A stretch of DNA of 64,000 nucleotides, from IMG/VR virus record IMGVR_UViG_3300027608_000010, one strand, 5' to 3'. Position numbers and translations under genes: made by a program. Position 1 is the stretch's first letter, and each line of letters begins with the position of its first letter. The notes beneath the pieces are model-generated. The model did not search any database, was not told where the DNA came from, and worked only from the letters and a program-made list of their open reading frames with translations. The stretch is from a virus (lineage: Duplodnaviria > Caudoviricetes). Positions 10,742 to 20,558 of this stretch are shown here, piece after piece.

Positions 10742-11502
10742 ATAGAGGATTTGTAATTATGGCACAGAACACAACGTCTGTTGACTATGTAAAATGTGCA
10801 GAACAGTTATCTAATAGTATTAACAAAGTCATGCCTGATGCTAATGTAACAATTATAACAGATAAGCTATTACCCTACGGTGATTTGGCAGTTGATAGTG
10901 ATTGGAAGTTAATCAATGATTGGCAAGTATACGAAGCTAGTCCATATGAATACACCATCAAACTAGAAGCAGATATGCTTATTCCACGAAACATAGACTA
11001 TTGGTGGGATATACTTAAAGAACATGATTTGATTGTCAGTGGTACTGTTAGAGATTACACCAACGGTATATCTAATATAAAATCATATAGGCAATTCATA
11101 ATCAACAACAATCTACCTGATGTGTATAATGCAATTACATATTTTAAGAAATCAGATAAGGCTGAGCAGTTCTACAAGATAGTACGAAATATTTTTGAAA
11201 ATTGGAATGAATTCAAATCTAACTTAACGTGTGAGACATCAGAGATTGCGACAACAGATTGGGCATATAGTATTGCTTGTCATATTATGGGTGTAGAAAA
11301 CACTACTTTACCCAATTTTAGTGAGTTTAGTTTTATACACATGAAACAATTCATAAATAATCTAATGATAGATGACTGGACCAAAGAGTTATTGTTTGAA
11401 TTTAACCCATCTCTTAAGGTAAATACTATCGTACAAGAATATCCATTTCACTATCACGTGAAATCGTTTAGTAATATTATTGGAGAACATTATGGAAAAT
11501 GA
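10738..11502 (+). CDS. GT-A fold (GT8-like) glycosyltransferase-like protein, paralog of 9938
   Basis: 'YEASPYEYTIKLEADML' aligns by eye with the upstream paralog. ATGA coupling. Confidence 0.5.
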   Translation: MNRGFVIMAQNTTSVDYVKCAEQLSNSINKVMPDANVTIITDKLLPYGDLAVDSDWKLINDWQVYEASPYEYTIKLEADMLIPRNIDYWWDILKEHDLIVSGTVRDYTNGISNIKSYRQFIINNNLPDVYNAITYFKKSDKAEQFYKIVRNIFENWNEFKSNLTCETSEIATTDWAYSIACHIMGVENTTLPNFSEFSFIHMKQFINNLMIDDWTKELLFEFNPSLKVNTIVQEYPFHYHVKSFSNIIGEHYGK

Positions 11503-11872
11503 AGAAGAATTATTTGATCTTGAAGAAATGCTTATCAACTTTTCAAAAGATATTGAACCTAAATTACCCGTTCCTTTTGAATTTAGGTTGTATTATCGTG
11601 AAGATGGTAGTATAATAACGTATTCATGTGAAGAACTTGAGGGTAATTATGTTGTTATTGACGCCGAAACATTTGCTAGTGGCAGAATTGATGTTAGAGT
11701 TGTTAATGGAGAGATAGAAATAATTACTCCTATATTTTCAATTGACAAATTAGTTGAAGCTACAGAAGGAACGGCTTGTGCAGTTGAAGATATTAACATC
11801 CCGGTTTCTAATGACCATGAAGGGGAAAGTACGAAATGGACAATGAAACACGATGAGTTCAAATTTAATTGA
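11492..11872 (+). CDS. Hypothetical acidic protein
   Basis: ORF track starts at TTG 11480; GGAGA RBS at 11482 favours ATG 11492. Confidence 0.55.
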   Translation: MENEEELFDLEEMLINFSKDIEPKLPVPFEFRLYYREDGSIITYSCEELEGNYVVIDAETFASGRIDVRVVNGEIEIITPIFSIDKLVEATEGTACAVEDINIPVSNDHEGESTKWTMKHDEFKFN

Positions 11873-12800
11873 TGTAGCAGATTTAGATTGCATTTACCTA
11901 AGCTATGATGAACCACAAAAAGAAGAATTCTGGTTAAAAATTAAAAACATGGTGCCTTGGGCACGTAGAGTAGACGGTGTCAAGGGCAGTGACGCCGCTC
12001 ATAAAGCCGCCGCGGAAGCAAGTGATACTGAACGTTTCATATTGATTGACGGTGACAACATGCCCAACATGGAGTTCTTTAACTTAGAGTTAGACTTCAC
12101 TGACAAGCACGAAGATTACAAAAAAGCACAATATCGTTGGAGAGCAGTTAATGCTATCAACGGATTGCGCTACGGCAATGGCGGTATGAGTTCATGGACA
12201 AAAGAATATGTGATGAACATGCGTACACATGAAGCAAGTGATGGCAATGATACACATACGATTGACTTTTGTTTAGATTACAGCAACAGTTTATATTGGA
12301 GTATGTACGATTGCTACTCAACAACACACCCTAACTATACACCTTTTCAAGCATGGCGTGCTGGATTTCGTGAAGGCGTTAAGATGTGTCTAGTCAATGG
12401 TAAAAAGCCAGACATTGATGATTTTACACGTAATGTACCTGGACGTAACTTTAACAACTTAACTATATGGCATAATGTTGGATTAGATGTAGAGAACGGT
12501 GATTGGGCAATATATGGTGCAAGATACGGCACCTATATGACAATGTTAGAACATTGGAATTCAAAAGATGTTCAATGGTTTGATAATCTTAGTAAACTAT
12601 GGGAACATATAAAAGATGTAAATCCTAGACAAAATGCTGAGAGCATTGGTGAACATTTAAGAGATAAACTAGGACTACCAATATGTACAATGAGTGCTGA
12701 ACAAAGCAAATTCTTTAAGCGTCATTATAATAGTGACAAACACAACCTAGGTCCTCTAGTACGTGAGATAGATGTAATACGAAAAATAGAAGGTTGGTAA
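11853..12800 (+). CDS. Glycosyltransferase-like protein (GT-A fold)
   Basis: 'LDCIYLSYDEP...RVDGVKG...AHKAAA...FILIDGD' with a DxD-like motif. Confidence 0.55.
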   Translation: MSSNLIDVADLDCIYLSYDEPQKEEFWLKIKNMVPWARRVDGVKGSDAAHKAAAEASDTERFILIDGDNMPNMEFFNLELDFTDKHEDYKKAQYRWRAVNAINGLRYGNGGMSSWTKEYVMNMRTHEASDGNDTHTIDFCLDYSNSLYWSMYDCYSTTHPNYTPFQAWRAGFREGVKMCLVNGKKPDIDDFTRNVPGRNFNNLTIWHNVGLDVENGDWAIYGARYGTYMTMLEHWNSKDVQWFDNLSKLWEHIKDVNPRQNAESIGEHLRDKLGLPICTMSAEQSKFFKRHYNSDKHNLGPLVREIDVIRKIEGW

Positions 12801-12803
12801 ACA

Positions 12804-14216
12804 ATGTCAGATTTTAATAATCATATCAAGATAGTAAAAGAGAAACTAGATACAGTTAGTCCTAGTTTTTGTGTGGCTAAATGGAAACAAGTTACAATGC
12901 ACTTACAGAACGGACATACACATAGTTGTCATCATCCGTCAACACACTTAGTACCGTTAGATGAAATTGCTTCAAACCCCACAGCACTACACAATACTAA
13001 TTATAAAAAATTACAAAGAAAATTGATGATAGAGGGTGAAAGACCCAGTGAATGTGATTATTGTTGGAAAGTAGAAGATCAAACCACTGATAGTTATAGT
13101 GACAGGGTTTATAAAAGTTCAGATCAATGGGCATTACCTTATGTAGATGATATTGTTAGCAAGCCTTGGGATGATAATGTAGATCCTAGTTATGTTGAAG
13201 TTAGTTTTGGTAATACATGTAATTTTAAATGTAGTTACTGTGCCCCTCATATTAGTAGTCAATGGATGGAAGAAATTGAAAGATATGGTCCATATCCTAC
13301 TAGCGGTAAATTCAATAATTTAGAATGGATCAAATTACAACAGATGATGCCTATTCCAAATAGAGATGAAAATCCCTATGTTGAAGCATTTTGGAAATGG
13401 TGGCCTACTATGTATAAGAGTTTGCAACATTTTAGAATCACCGGTGGCGAACCCTTATTAAACAAAAACACTTTCAAAGTTTTAGACTATGTTATTGACA
13501 ATCCAAATGCAAATTTAGAATTATCAATTAATACAAATCTAAATCCTCCGGATGATATATTTGATAGATTTATTGAAAAACTTAATATCATTATCAGTGA
13601 AAAGAAATTAAAAGAATTGAAGCTATTTACTAGTGCTGAAGCACATGGTAAGCAAGCTGAATATATTCGTTTTGGTATGAATTATGATACTTGGTTAACT
13701 AATTTACATAGATTATACAAAGAAGTCCCGGGTATACAAATTACTATTATGAGTACATACAATATATTGAGTATCCCAAGTTATGGTAAGTTTCTAAATG
13801 ATATATTAGAAATTAAACGAACTTACGGTGAAGTAGTTAACAAGCGTAAGAATCCCAATCCAATGATATTAGATATACCTTACTTACGATATCCAGAACA
13901 TCAATCAATATTTTTGATGGAAGCGTCAATGGTTGATATGATTTTTGACCAAGTAACTTTCATGTATAGAAATTTGCAAAATAAAGATTGGATGGGAACA
14001 TCTAATGATGGATTCTATGAGCATGAAGCGGAAAAATTAAAACGTATATATGAGATGGGTCTACACTCAGTCACTAATAAAAATGAATATGTAGATAACA
14101 ATCGTAAAGACTTTATTAAATTTGTTGATGAGCATGATTTGCGCCGCGGAACAAATTTCTTAGAAACTTTCCCTGAAATGAAAAACTTTTATAATAATTG
14201 TAAAAACCTATTATGA
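12804..14216 (+). CDS. Radical SAM enzyme with extra N-terminal Cys/His cluster
   Basis: CxxxCxxC (TCNFKCSYC), 'ITGGEPLL', and N-terminal C..K...SCHH...CDYCW. Confidence 0.85.
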   Translation: MSDFNNHIKIVKEKLDTVSPSFCVAKWKQVTMHLQNGHTHSCHHPSTHLVPLDEIASNPTALHNTNYKKLQRKLMIEGERPSECDYCWKVEDQTTDSYSDRVYKSSDQWALPYVDDIVSKPWDDNVDPSYVEVSFGNTCNFKCSYCAPHISSQWMEEIERYGPYPTSGKFNNLEWIKLQQMMPIPNRDENPYVEAFWKWWPTMYKSLQHFRITGGEPLLNKNTFKVLDYVIDNPNANLELSINTNLNPPDDIFDRFIEKLNIIISEKKLKELKLFTSAEAHGKQAEYIRFGMNYDTWLTNLHRLYKEVPGIQITIMSTYNILSIPSYGKFLNDILEIKRTYGEVVNKRKNPNPMILDIPYLRYPEHQSIFLMEASMVDMIFDQVTFMYRNLQNKDWMGTSNDGFYEHEAEKLKRIYEMGLHSVTNKNEYVDNNRKDFIKFVDEHDLRRGTNFLETFPEMKNFYNNCKNLL

Positions 14217-14644
14217 AATTTATAGCGCATCGCGGGAATTTATTAGGTCCTGATATTGAACATGAAAATACTACTAATTATATACAACATGCAATTAACA
14301 AAGGATATGATGTAGAAGTAGATGTATGGTATATAGATGGTAAACTTCTATTAGGGCATAATGCCCCCATGCATGATACTAATTTATCTTTTTTGCAACG
14401 CCCTGCAATATGGGCACATGCTAAAAATTTACCAGCGTTAGAGTACTTACTAAATAACAATGTTCATTGTTTTTGGCATGAAAATGATGAACGGACGTTG
14501 ACTAGTCAACACTATATTTGGACATACCCTGATAAAGAAATAGTAGAAAATAGTGTTTTAGTCGTGTTAACCAAACATTTAAATTTAATAGATAATAATA
14601 TTTACGCAGTATGTGGGGATTACGTTGAAATTTGGAAATCCTAA
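14213..14644 (+). CDS. Short GDPD/PLC-like phosphodiesterase-fold protein
   Basis: 'FIAHRGN...EN...GYDVEVDVW...LGH' is the GDPD N-terminal motif. Confidence 0.65.
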   Translation: MKFIAHRGNLLGPDIEHENTTNYIQHAINKGYDVEVDVWYIDGKLLLGHNAPMHDTNLSFLQRPAIWAHAKNLPALEYLLNNNVHCFWHENDERTLTSQHYIWTYPDKEIVENSVLVVLTKHLNLIDNNIYAVCGDYVEIWKS

Positions 14645-15380
14645 GATTGCACTATGTTTTAGTGGTCAACCAAGAACCTGGCGAAAATGCTTAGAGTCTT
14701 GGAAATTGCACAATGTATTTACCGATAATGTAGATGTATTTTGTCATATTTGGGATTTTAATACAGTGCCAAACTGCGTTGCTGTTGGTAAAGATATAAA
14801 AAATCAGATATTACCTCAGGACGAAATTAATGAGTTACTTGCAATACTTAAGCCAAAAAAATATTTGATAGAACCAGTGAGAACTTTTACACCTATCAAA
14901 GAATCTCAACCTATTACTTTTTCTAATTTCTTAAGCCAATTTTATGGCATTATGGCAAGTGCTAGATTAAAACGAGAATATGAAATTGAAAATATGATGC
15001 AATATGATATTGTTATCCGAATGAGGTATGATGCTTTTTTTACTGATTCAATTTTCCCTAATCAACAAGTTCATCTACCGCAAGATAACACAATGTATTG
15101 CCATCATCTGGCATGGAATCATCTTTTAAATCGAGGTAGAATTGGTGATATATTTTGGTATGCTGACTCACAAACCTATGATATTATTGGTGATTATTAT
15201 TTAAATTTAAATTCAGTAGAACTAAAATTTGTTAAAGATTTCAATGAACATGAAATATTTTTTCATTATATTAAAAAAAATAATATTCAATTGAATATTA
15301 ATAATTGGGATATTAAATTGTTTCGTGAATCGTCAGAACTAGCTTTTTCTAAGGACAAAAATGGATTTGAGACCTGGTAA
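14613..15380 (+). CDS. Glycan-modifying / GT-like protein (CxSGQxR family)
   Basis: 'KIALCFSGQPR...FCHIW...YDIVIRMRYD...DIFWYADS'. Start uncertain (GTG 14613 or TTG 14625). Confidence 0.45.
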   Translation: MGITLKFGNPKIALCFSGQPRTWRKCLESWKLHNVFTDNVDVFCHIWDFNTVPNCVAVGKDIKNQILPQDEINELLAILKPKKYLIEPVRTFTPIKESQPITFSNFLSQFYGIMASARLKREYEIENMMQYDIVIRMRYDAFFTDSIFPNQQVHLPQDNTMYCHHLAWNHLLNRGRIGDIFWYADSQTYDIIGDYYLNLNSVELKFVKDFNEHEIFFHYIKKNNIQLNINNWDIKLFRESSELAFSKDKNGFETW

Positions 15381-16098
15381 AATTGCAATCTGTATTAGCG
15401 GGATGCTTAGGACAGGTATCAAAGCATATCCCTGTTTTAAACATTTTTTCAAAGATTTAAATGCAGATGTGTTCTTCCATACATGGGGTTTAGATAACGA
15501 GACATTAGATACTGTCAATAACTTATACGAACCAATAGGCTATATAAATCAACAACCATTCGAAACCATTTCAATGGGATCATTTGGTAATATGTTTTAC
15601 AGTATTATGATGGCTAATGAATTGAAAAAGAAATACGAAATAAAAAATAATTTTCGATATGATTTAGTTATAAAAACTAGGTTTGACTTAATTTTTCCTG
15701 ACACCAATATATTTGCTAATAACAAAATTAGCCCTAGAACCATTTATAGTTCAGGGGGAGATAATGGAATCAATCATACTGATTATGAACATCACGGGAT
15801 TGCTGATTTGATTTTTTGGGGTGATAGTGAATCTATGGATATTGCCACTAACACTTTTATGTATTATAAGCACACAGCATTGCCAAAGAATCAACTGTTG
15901 ATTTCAGGCATTCAATTTGATCCTAAAGCTATATTTTTAAGTCCAGGCAATCTGATTTATAATACATGTATCAACCAAAATATACACTTAGTTAAATTTG
16001 CATCATGGTTAGGGGAAGTACCTTGGCGCGATGACGTAGACCATTTAGATCCCTTTAGGGATTATGCTTTAATAAGAGAAAGATACCGGCAAATATGA
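15361..16098 (+). CDS. Glycan-modifying / GT-like protein, paralog of 14613
   Basis: 'KIAICISGMLR...FFHTW...YDLVIKTRFD...DLIFWGDS'. Confidence 0.45.
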   Translation: MDLRPGKIAICISGMLRTGIKAYPCFKHFFKDLNADVFFHTWGLDNETLDTVNNLYEPIGYINQQPFETISMGSFGNMFYSIMMANELKKKYEIKNNFRYDLVIKTRFDLIFPDTNIFANNKISPRTIYSSGGDNGINHTDYEHHGIADLIFWGDSESMDIATNTFMYYKHTALPKNQLLISGIQFDPKAIFLSPGNLIYNTCINQNIHLVKFASWLGEVPWRDDVDHLDPFRDYALIRERYRQI

Positions 16099-16895
16099 GA
16101 AAAATAGTAGTAGTAGGAGACAGCTGGACATATGGTAGCGAGATTAAAGATCCAGCGTTACCCAACACAATCAATGATTGGGATGCAGAAAATGATTCAT
16201 ACAGAATTCCTAAAATTTGGCCAACTAAGTTGGGAAACTTATTGGGGACTTCCGATGTAATTAATCTAAGTTATCCTGCAGCCAGTAATGACCGTAGTGT
16301 TAGACTTTTAGTTGGGTGGTTGACACAAGAATATCTAAGTAAAAACAAACCTACCGATGAATTGTTTGTTGTAGTAGGATTAACTAGTCCAGAAAGAAAA
16401 GATTTTTTCTATATAGATGAAAAGATAAGTAATTGGATTACTATATGGCCAATGTGGACACATGATTATATGCAAGAACCACTGCGTAGATTTGGACGAC
16501 TGTATGCCGAACATTTTTGGAATATAGAAGAATCAACACATAGATATCTGCAACAAATTTTCTATTTACAAACATTATTCAAACATTATAACATTAAATT
16601 CTTATTCTTTCAAGCATTTTATCAAAGACAAGACTTGCATATTAAACAATGGACAGATGATCCCTATTCCAGACACTACCAAAGTCAGCCTGACAAAATG
16701 ATATGGGATCTAATTGATGATAAAACGTTTATGCATAAGAACGATAAGATACATAGTTTTCATAACTATATTATAAAGAATGATCCTGACCCTGAAAAGA
16801 AATCAGTAATCCTAAATATGCATCCTAGTGAACTGGGACATACGATGTGGGCAGAGCATATGACAGACTATCTTAAGGAGAATAATTTATGGTAA
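16095..16895 (+). CDS. SGNH/GDSL hydrolase-like protein
   Basis: Block I 'VVGDSWTYG', block II 'ASND', C-terminal 'HPSELGH'. Confidence 0.65.
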   Translation: MRKIVVVGDSWTYGSEIKDPALPNTINDWDAENDSYRIPKIWPTKLGNLLGTSDVINLSYPAASNDRSVRLLVGWLTQEYLSKNKPTDELFVVVGLTSPERKDFFYIDEKISNWITIWPMWTHDYMQEPLRRFGRLYAEHFWNIEESTHRYLQQIFYLQTLFKHYNIKFLFFQAFYQRQDLHIKQWTDDPYSRHYQSQPDKMIWDLIDDKTFMHKNDKIHSFHNYIIKNDPDPEKKSVILNMHPSELGHTMWAEHMTDYLKENNLW

Positions 16896-17668
16896 CACAC
16901 ATTGCAACATGCGGTGATAGTTTTGGTGTAGGTACTGGATTACCTCAGGATAGATGTTTTGAAGATAGTTTTGGGGGAATTATTGCTAGTCATTTCAATC
17001 TACCTCAGAAAGTATATGCTCGGGCAGGTTGCTGTAATTTTGTCATTTATCTTCAAATTAAAAAGATAATAGAACAAATCGAAAAAGATGAAACGTATAA
17101 ACCTTTCGTATTGGTTACTACTACTTACCACGAAAGATTAATCTTTCCGTTAGATAACGGCACAATATATAAAAATCCAAACTTATCAGATGTTGAATAT
17201 AAATCATATAACCCCTATCATGATACAACACATGCTAAGGGCAGAGAATTGGCTTTTGAATCAAAAAAGAATACAAGATTAGTAGCTGAAACTATTTCAA
17301 ACATAAAACATTTTCAAGATGGAAAAGCCGATGGAATAGCAAGATTATTTGCAAAAGTAGATAAATCAAAACTTGAAGCAATCAAATCATACTATACGGA
17401 TATATTTGACACCGGTATTAAAAGTGAATATGACCAAGCATTAATTATTACAATGAGTTTTTTATTGAAAAAATTTAACATCCCCCATGTTATTATGGGT
17501 TATCCGTCATTAGAACTTACATATCTTGAAAATTTTATGCCAAATGATTGGGGATATTATACTAGATTATATCCAGACACTATGGGCAGTTCACATTGCA
17601 ATGAAGAAGGAAACAGGCTCGTAGGTGAAAATGTTATTAACTTTATTAAAGAACATCACTTGATATGA
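16889..17668 (+). CDS. SGNH/GDSL hydrolase-like protein
   Basis: 'TCGDSFGVG', 'GCCN', C-terminal 'HCNEEGN'. Confidence 0.55.
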   Translation: MVTHIATCGDSFGVGTGLPQDRCFEDSFGGIIASHFNLPQKVYARAGCCNFVIYLQIKKIIEQIEKDETYKPFVLVTTTYHERLIFPLDNGTIYKNPNLSDVEYKSYNPYHDTTHAKGRELAFESKKNTRLVAETISNIKHFQDGKADGIARLFAKVDKSKLEAIKSYYTDIFDTGIKSEYDQALIITMSFLLKKFNIPHVIMGYPSLELTYLENFMPNDWGYYTRLYPDTMGSSHCNEEGNRLVGENVINFIKEHHLI

Positions 17669-18384
17669 ATATATTGTTTGGATTATGTGGCGCGGGTAAA
17701 CGTTTTCGTGATGTAGGGTACACCATACCTAAATACATCATTGATGTTAATGGATCTCCCATGATTGAACATGCAGTAAAGACTTTAAAAATTTTGGGCG
17801 ATGTATTTTTTATTGTATTGAAAGAACACATGGATCAATACCCGCAAATTAAAGATATATTGTCACCTATGGGTACTATCATAGTTAGCGAATTTACTAC
17901 TCAAGGTGCCGCGCAAACATTGTTACTAGCCAAAGATTATATTGATTTAACTAAGCCCTTGATATCAGCTAACGGAGATCAATATTTAGATTGGGACTCT
18001 AGTTGCTTTAATTCAATGCTATGCGATTATCCTAATACTTCATATATTTTAACATACAAGGAAAATGATACTAAGTGCAGTTATATTAAAAAAAATGAAA
18101 AAGGTGATATTATTGAAGTTAGAGAGAAACAAGTTATAAGCAATGACGCAACTGTAGGAGTGTATCATTGGGCCAGTGCATCTGATTTTTTTAAGGACGC
18201 AGAAACAATGATTGCAGCAGATTATAGAGAGAACGGGGAGTATTATGTTGCGCCAGTATACAATTATTCAATAAAGCGTGGCTTGCAAGTTAAAAATTAC
18301 GAATTGTCTGATAAAGAATTTTGGCCGATAGGTACACCAAATGATTTGGAAAACTTTTTAAAAGTGATACAGCCCAATGATTAA
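17665..18384 (+). CDS. Sugar-phosphate nucleotidyltransferase (NTP_transferase family)
   Basis: 'CGAGKRF...PKYII.VNGSPMI', 'TQGAA.T', 'ANGDQ', 'EYYVAPVYN', 'IGTPNDL'. Confidence 0.75.
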   Translation: MNILFGLCGAGKRFRDVGYTIPKYIIDVNGSPMIEHAVKTLKILGDVFFIVLKEHMDQYPQIKDILSPMGTIIVSEFTTQGAAQTLLLAKDYIDLTKPLISANGDQYLDWDSSCFNSMLCDYPNTSYILTYKENDTKCSYIKKNEKGDIIEVREKQVISNDATVGVYHWASASDFFKDAETMIAADYRENGEYYVAPVYNYSIKRGLQVKNYELSDKEFWPIGTPNDLENFLKVIQPND

Positions 18385-19114
18385 AAATATATTAATAGTT
18401 ACTTGGAATCAAGATTGGCATCAATGTTCTAATATGTTAATTCCTTCTATATCTAAATTTATCCCCGGAGCTAATATTAAAATAGTTGATACTACATTTC
18501 ATACACCCTCACCTATAATCGCCCCTAGCTTTAGTAATATAACATACGAAGTATTACCTGCAATACAATTATTAGAAACACTAGAACCTTGGAAAGGCGA
18601 CAATCATAATGAAGGTTGGATGTACCAACAGATGTGTAAATTAGCAGGATACAAATTATTTGATAGTGAATTTGTAGTATTAGATTCTGAATTAGTAATA
18701 CTTAGAAAATTTGATAAATGGCCTACATATTGTAGGCTAACAGCCAGTAATACTCATTTTAATAAATTTATAGAATATGCTAGTGCTAGATTGAATATTG
18801 ATTGCGAAGGTCATTGTTTTTTAGAACCGTGTGTTCCGTATATATTAGATCCTAAGATTTTAAAAGAAATAGTTTCAACATTTGGGTCATTTGCAGAATT
18901 ATATAAATGGTTTATCACACATTCGGAGCCTAGTGAATTTATACTTTACGATTTATTTAAATATAGAAAAGACTTGCAACAAGACACTAATAACCAAAAT
19001 ATATATGAAAGCCCGGCAATACAATTTATAATAGACAATAAACCGTATGTTTTGGATAGTAGATACGATTTTGCTTTGATTAACCGTAATGCCTATATGA
19101 ATTTTGGAAAATAG
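18377..19114 (+). CDS. Hypothetical GT-like protein
   Basis: 'GWMYQQMCKL...VVLDSE' motif and glyco-locus context. Confidence 0.4.
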   Translation: MIKNILIVTWNQDWHQCSNMLIPSISKFIPGANIKIVDTTFHTPSPIIAPSFSNITYEVLPAIQLLETLEPWKGDNHNEGWMYQQMCKLAGYKLFDSEFVVLDSELVILRKFDKWPTYCRLTASNTHFNKFIEYASARLNIDCEGHCFLEPCVPYILDPKILKEIVSTFGSFAELYKWFITHSEPSEFILYDLFKYRKDLQQDTNNQNIYESPAIQFIIDNKPYVLDSRYDFALINRNAYMNFGK

Positions 19115-19116
19115 AT

Positions 19117-19443
19117 ATGAAAATAGCACACATAGAACAATTCACAAAGGGTTGGTTTGTTGGTAACTTTGATCCTAGCTTGTTGAAAGCTGATTTTGAA
19201 GTAGGACTACATCAACACAAAGCCGGAGAATTCCACCAAGATCATTTTCATAAATTAGGTACAGAGATTAATGTTATGATAGAAGGTCACTTACTATTAA
19301 ACGGAAATGAGTTCGGCCCGGGTGAAATTTTTGTATTAGAGCCATACGAAATTAGTCAAGTAGAGTATCTAACAGATGTTAAATTAATCGTAGTTAGAGA
19401 TATTAGCGATCCTAATGACAAATATGAAGTAGAGATAAAATGA
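19117..19443 (+). CDS. Cupin-domain protein (RmlC-like)
   Basis: 108 aa, 'H..HFHKLGTEIN...EG' metal-binding cupin motif. Confidence 0.75.
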   Translation: MKIAHIEQFTKGWFVGNFDPSLLKADFEVGLHQHKAGEFHQDHFHKLGTEINVMIEGHLLLNGNEFGPGEIFVLEPYEISQVEYLTDVKLIVVRDISDPNDKYEVEIK

Positions 19444-20558
19444 ACATTTATATCAATGAGATACCCACAGACCATATCAAAGTAACATATCAGGTTACCT
19501 CTACTAAAAATCTATCTATTGCGGCAGAGGCAATTGCTATAGGACAGAGTATCGGCAACCCATCTGTACGAAATGAGTTTGAATCACCTGAATTAGTTAG
19601 TAATCATTCTGCTAAAATATTAGGAGATAAAAATGAATTGTCTAAAATAACTGATGGTGAAATAATTATTGGTTATCCGTTAGTAAATATTAATTGGGAT
19701 GAAGATGGTGTATCACAACTACTTTGTATGATTCAAGGTGGACAGCTTGACATAGACCATATAGTTAAGTGTAGAGTAACTGACATTGATATAACTAATT
19801 TGCCTATGCTTAAGCCAAAGTTTGGTCTTTCAGGTATAAGAGAACTAACTAAAACATATGATCGACCTTTATTAGGATGTATATTAAAACCTAAGACAGG
19901 ACTACGCCCTAAAGAGCTATCATTATTAGTTAAGGAAATGATTGCTGGCGGGGCTAACATTATTAAAGAAGATGAAATTTTAGGATCACCCTCATACTGC
20001 AATTTAGAATCACGCTTACCCTACATTAGAGATATTATACAAGATAAGAATGTAGTTTATCTTACTTGCATTAACAGCAATCCAGACAAACTTATAGAAA
20101 AGTCTAGTACTGTTAGGATGCTAGGAGTTAATGGTATACATATTAATATCTGGAGTGGTTTAGGTAGTTATGCCGCTGTTCGAAATAAAAATTATCCACT
20201 AGTCATGCATTACCAAAAGAGTGGTGATAAGATTTTAACCAATATACATAATCCATATGGTATCGATTGGATAGTTCTATGCAAGTTAGCAATCATTAGT
20301 GGTATCGATACTATACATGCCGGAATGTGGGGCGGATACTTAAGTGATGATCCTGTATACCTTAAAAATATTATGGACACATTAACTAGTCACAATGTAG
20401 TCCCTGCATTGAGTTGTGGAATGAATGCAACATTAATACCACAAGTTACCGCTAAGTTTGGTGTTGATTACTTAGCGAATGTAGGCGGGGCGTGTCATAC
20501 ACATCCTGATGGAATTAAGGCTGCTGTACGGGAATTACGAAATGCCATCGACAGATAA
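19440..20558 (+). CDS. RuBisCO-like protein (form IV RLP)
   Basis: 'RPLLGCILKPKTGL', 'GGANIIKEDE', 'HAG', 'PALSCG', 'VGGACHTHPDG'. Loop-6 Lys is replaced (GGYL) and the Glu60 position is Gln (GQSIG). Confidence 0.9.
   Translation: MNIYINEIPTDHIKVTYQVTSTKNLSIAAEAIAIGQSIGNPSVRNEFESPELVSNHSAKILGDKNELSKITDGEIIIGYPLVNINWDEDGVSQLLCMIQGGQLDIDHIVKCRVTDIDITNLPMLKPKFGLSGIRELTKTYDRPLLGCILKPKTGLRPKELSLLVKEMIAGGANIIKEDEILGSPSYCNLESRLPYIRDIIQDKNVVYLTCINSNPDKLIEKSSTVRMLGVNGIHINIWSGLGSYAAVRNKNYPLVMHYQKSGDKILTNIHNPYGIDWIVLCKLAIISGIDTIHAGMWGGYLSDDPVYLKNIMDTLTSHNVVPALSCGMNATLIPQVTAKFGVDYLANVGGACHTHPDGIKAAVRELRNAIDR

Noticed and set aside
12804-14216. Radical SAM enzyme as PqqE partner of pqqA
   Set aside because: It is 15 kb away in the glyco-locus, lacks a recognisable C-terminal SPASM arrangement, and no pqqD is present.
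19440-20558. Bona fide carbon-fixing RuBisCO
   Set aside because: Key carboxylase residues (E60, loop-6 K334) are substituted, and there is no small subunit or PRK nearby.
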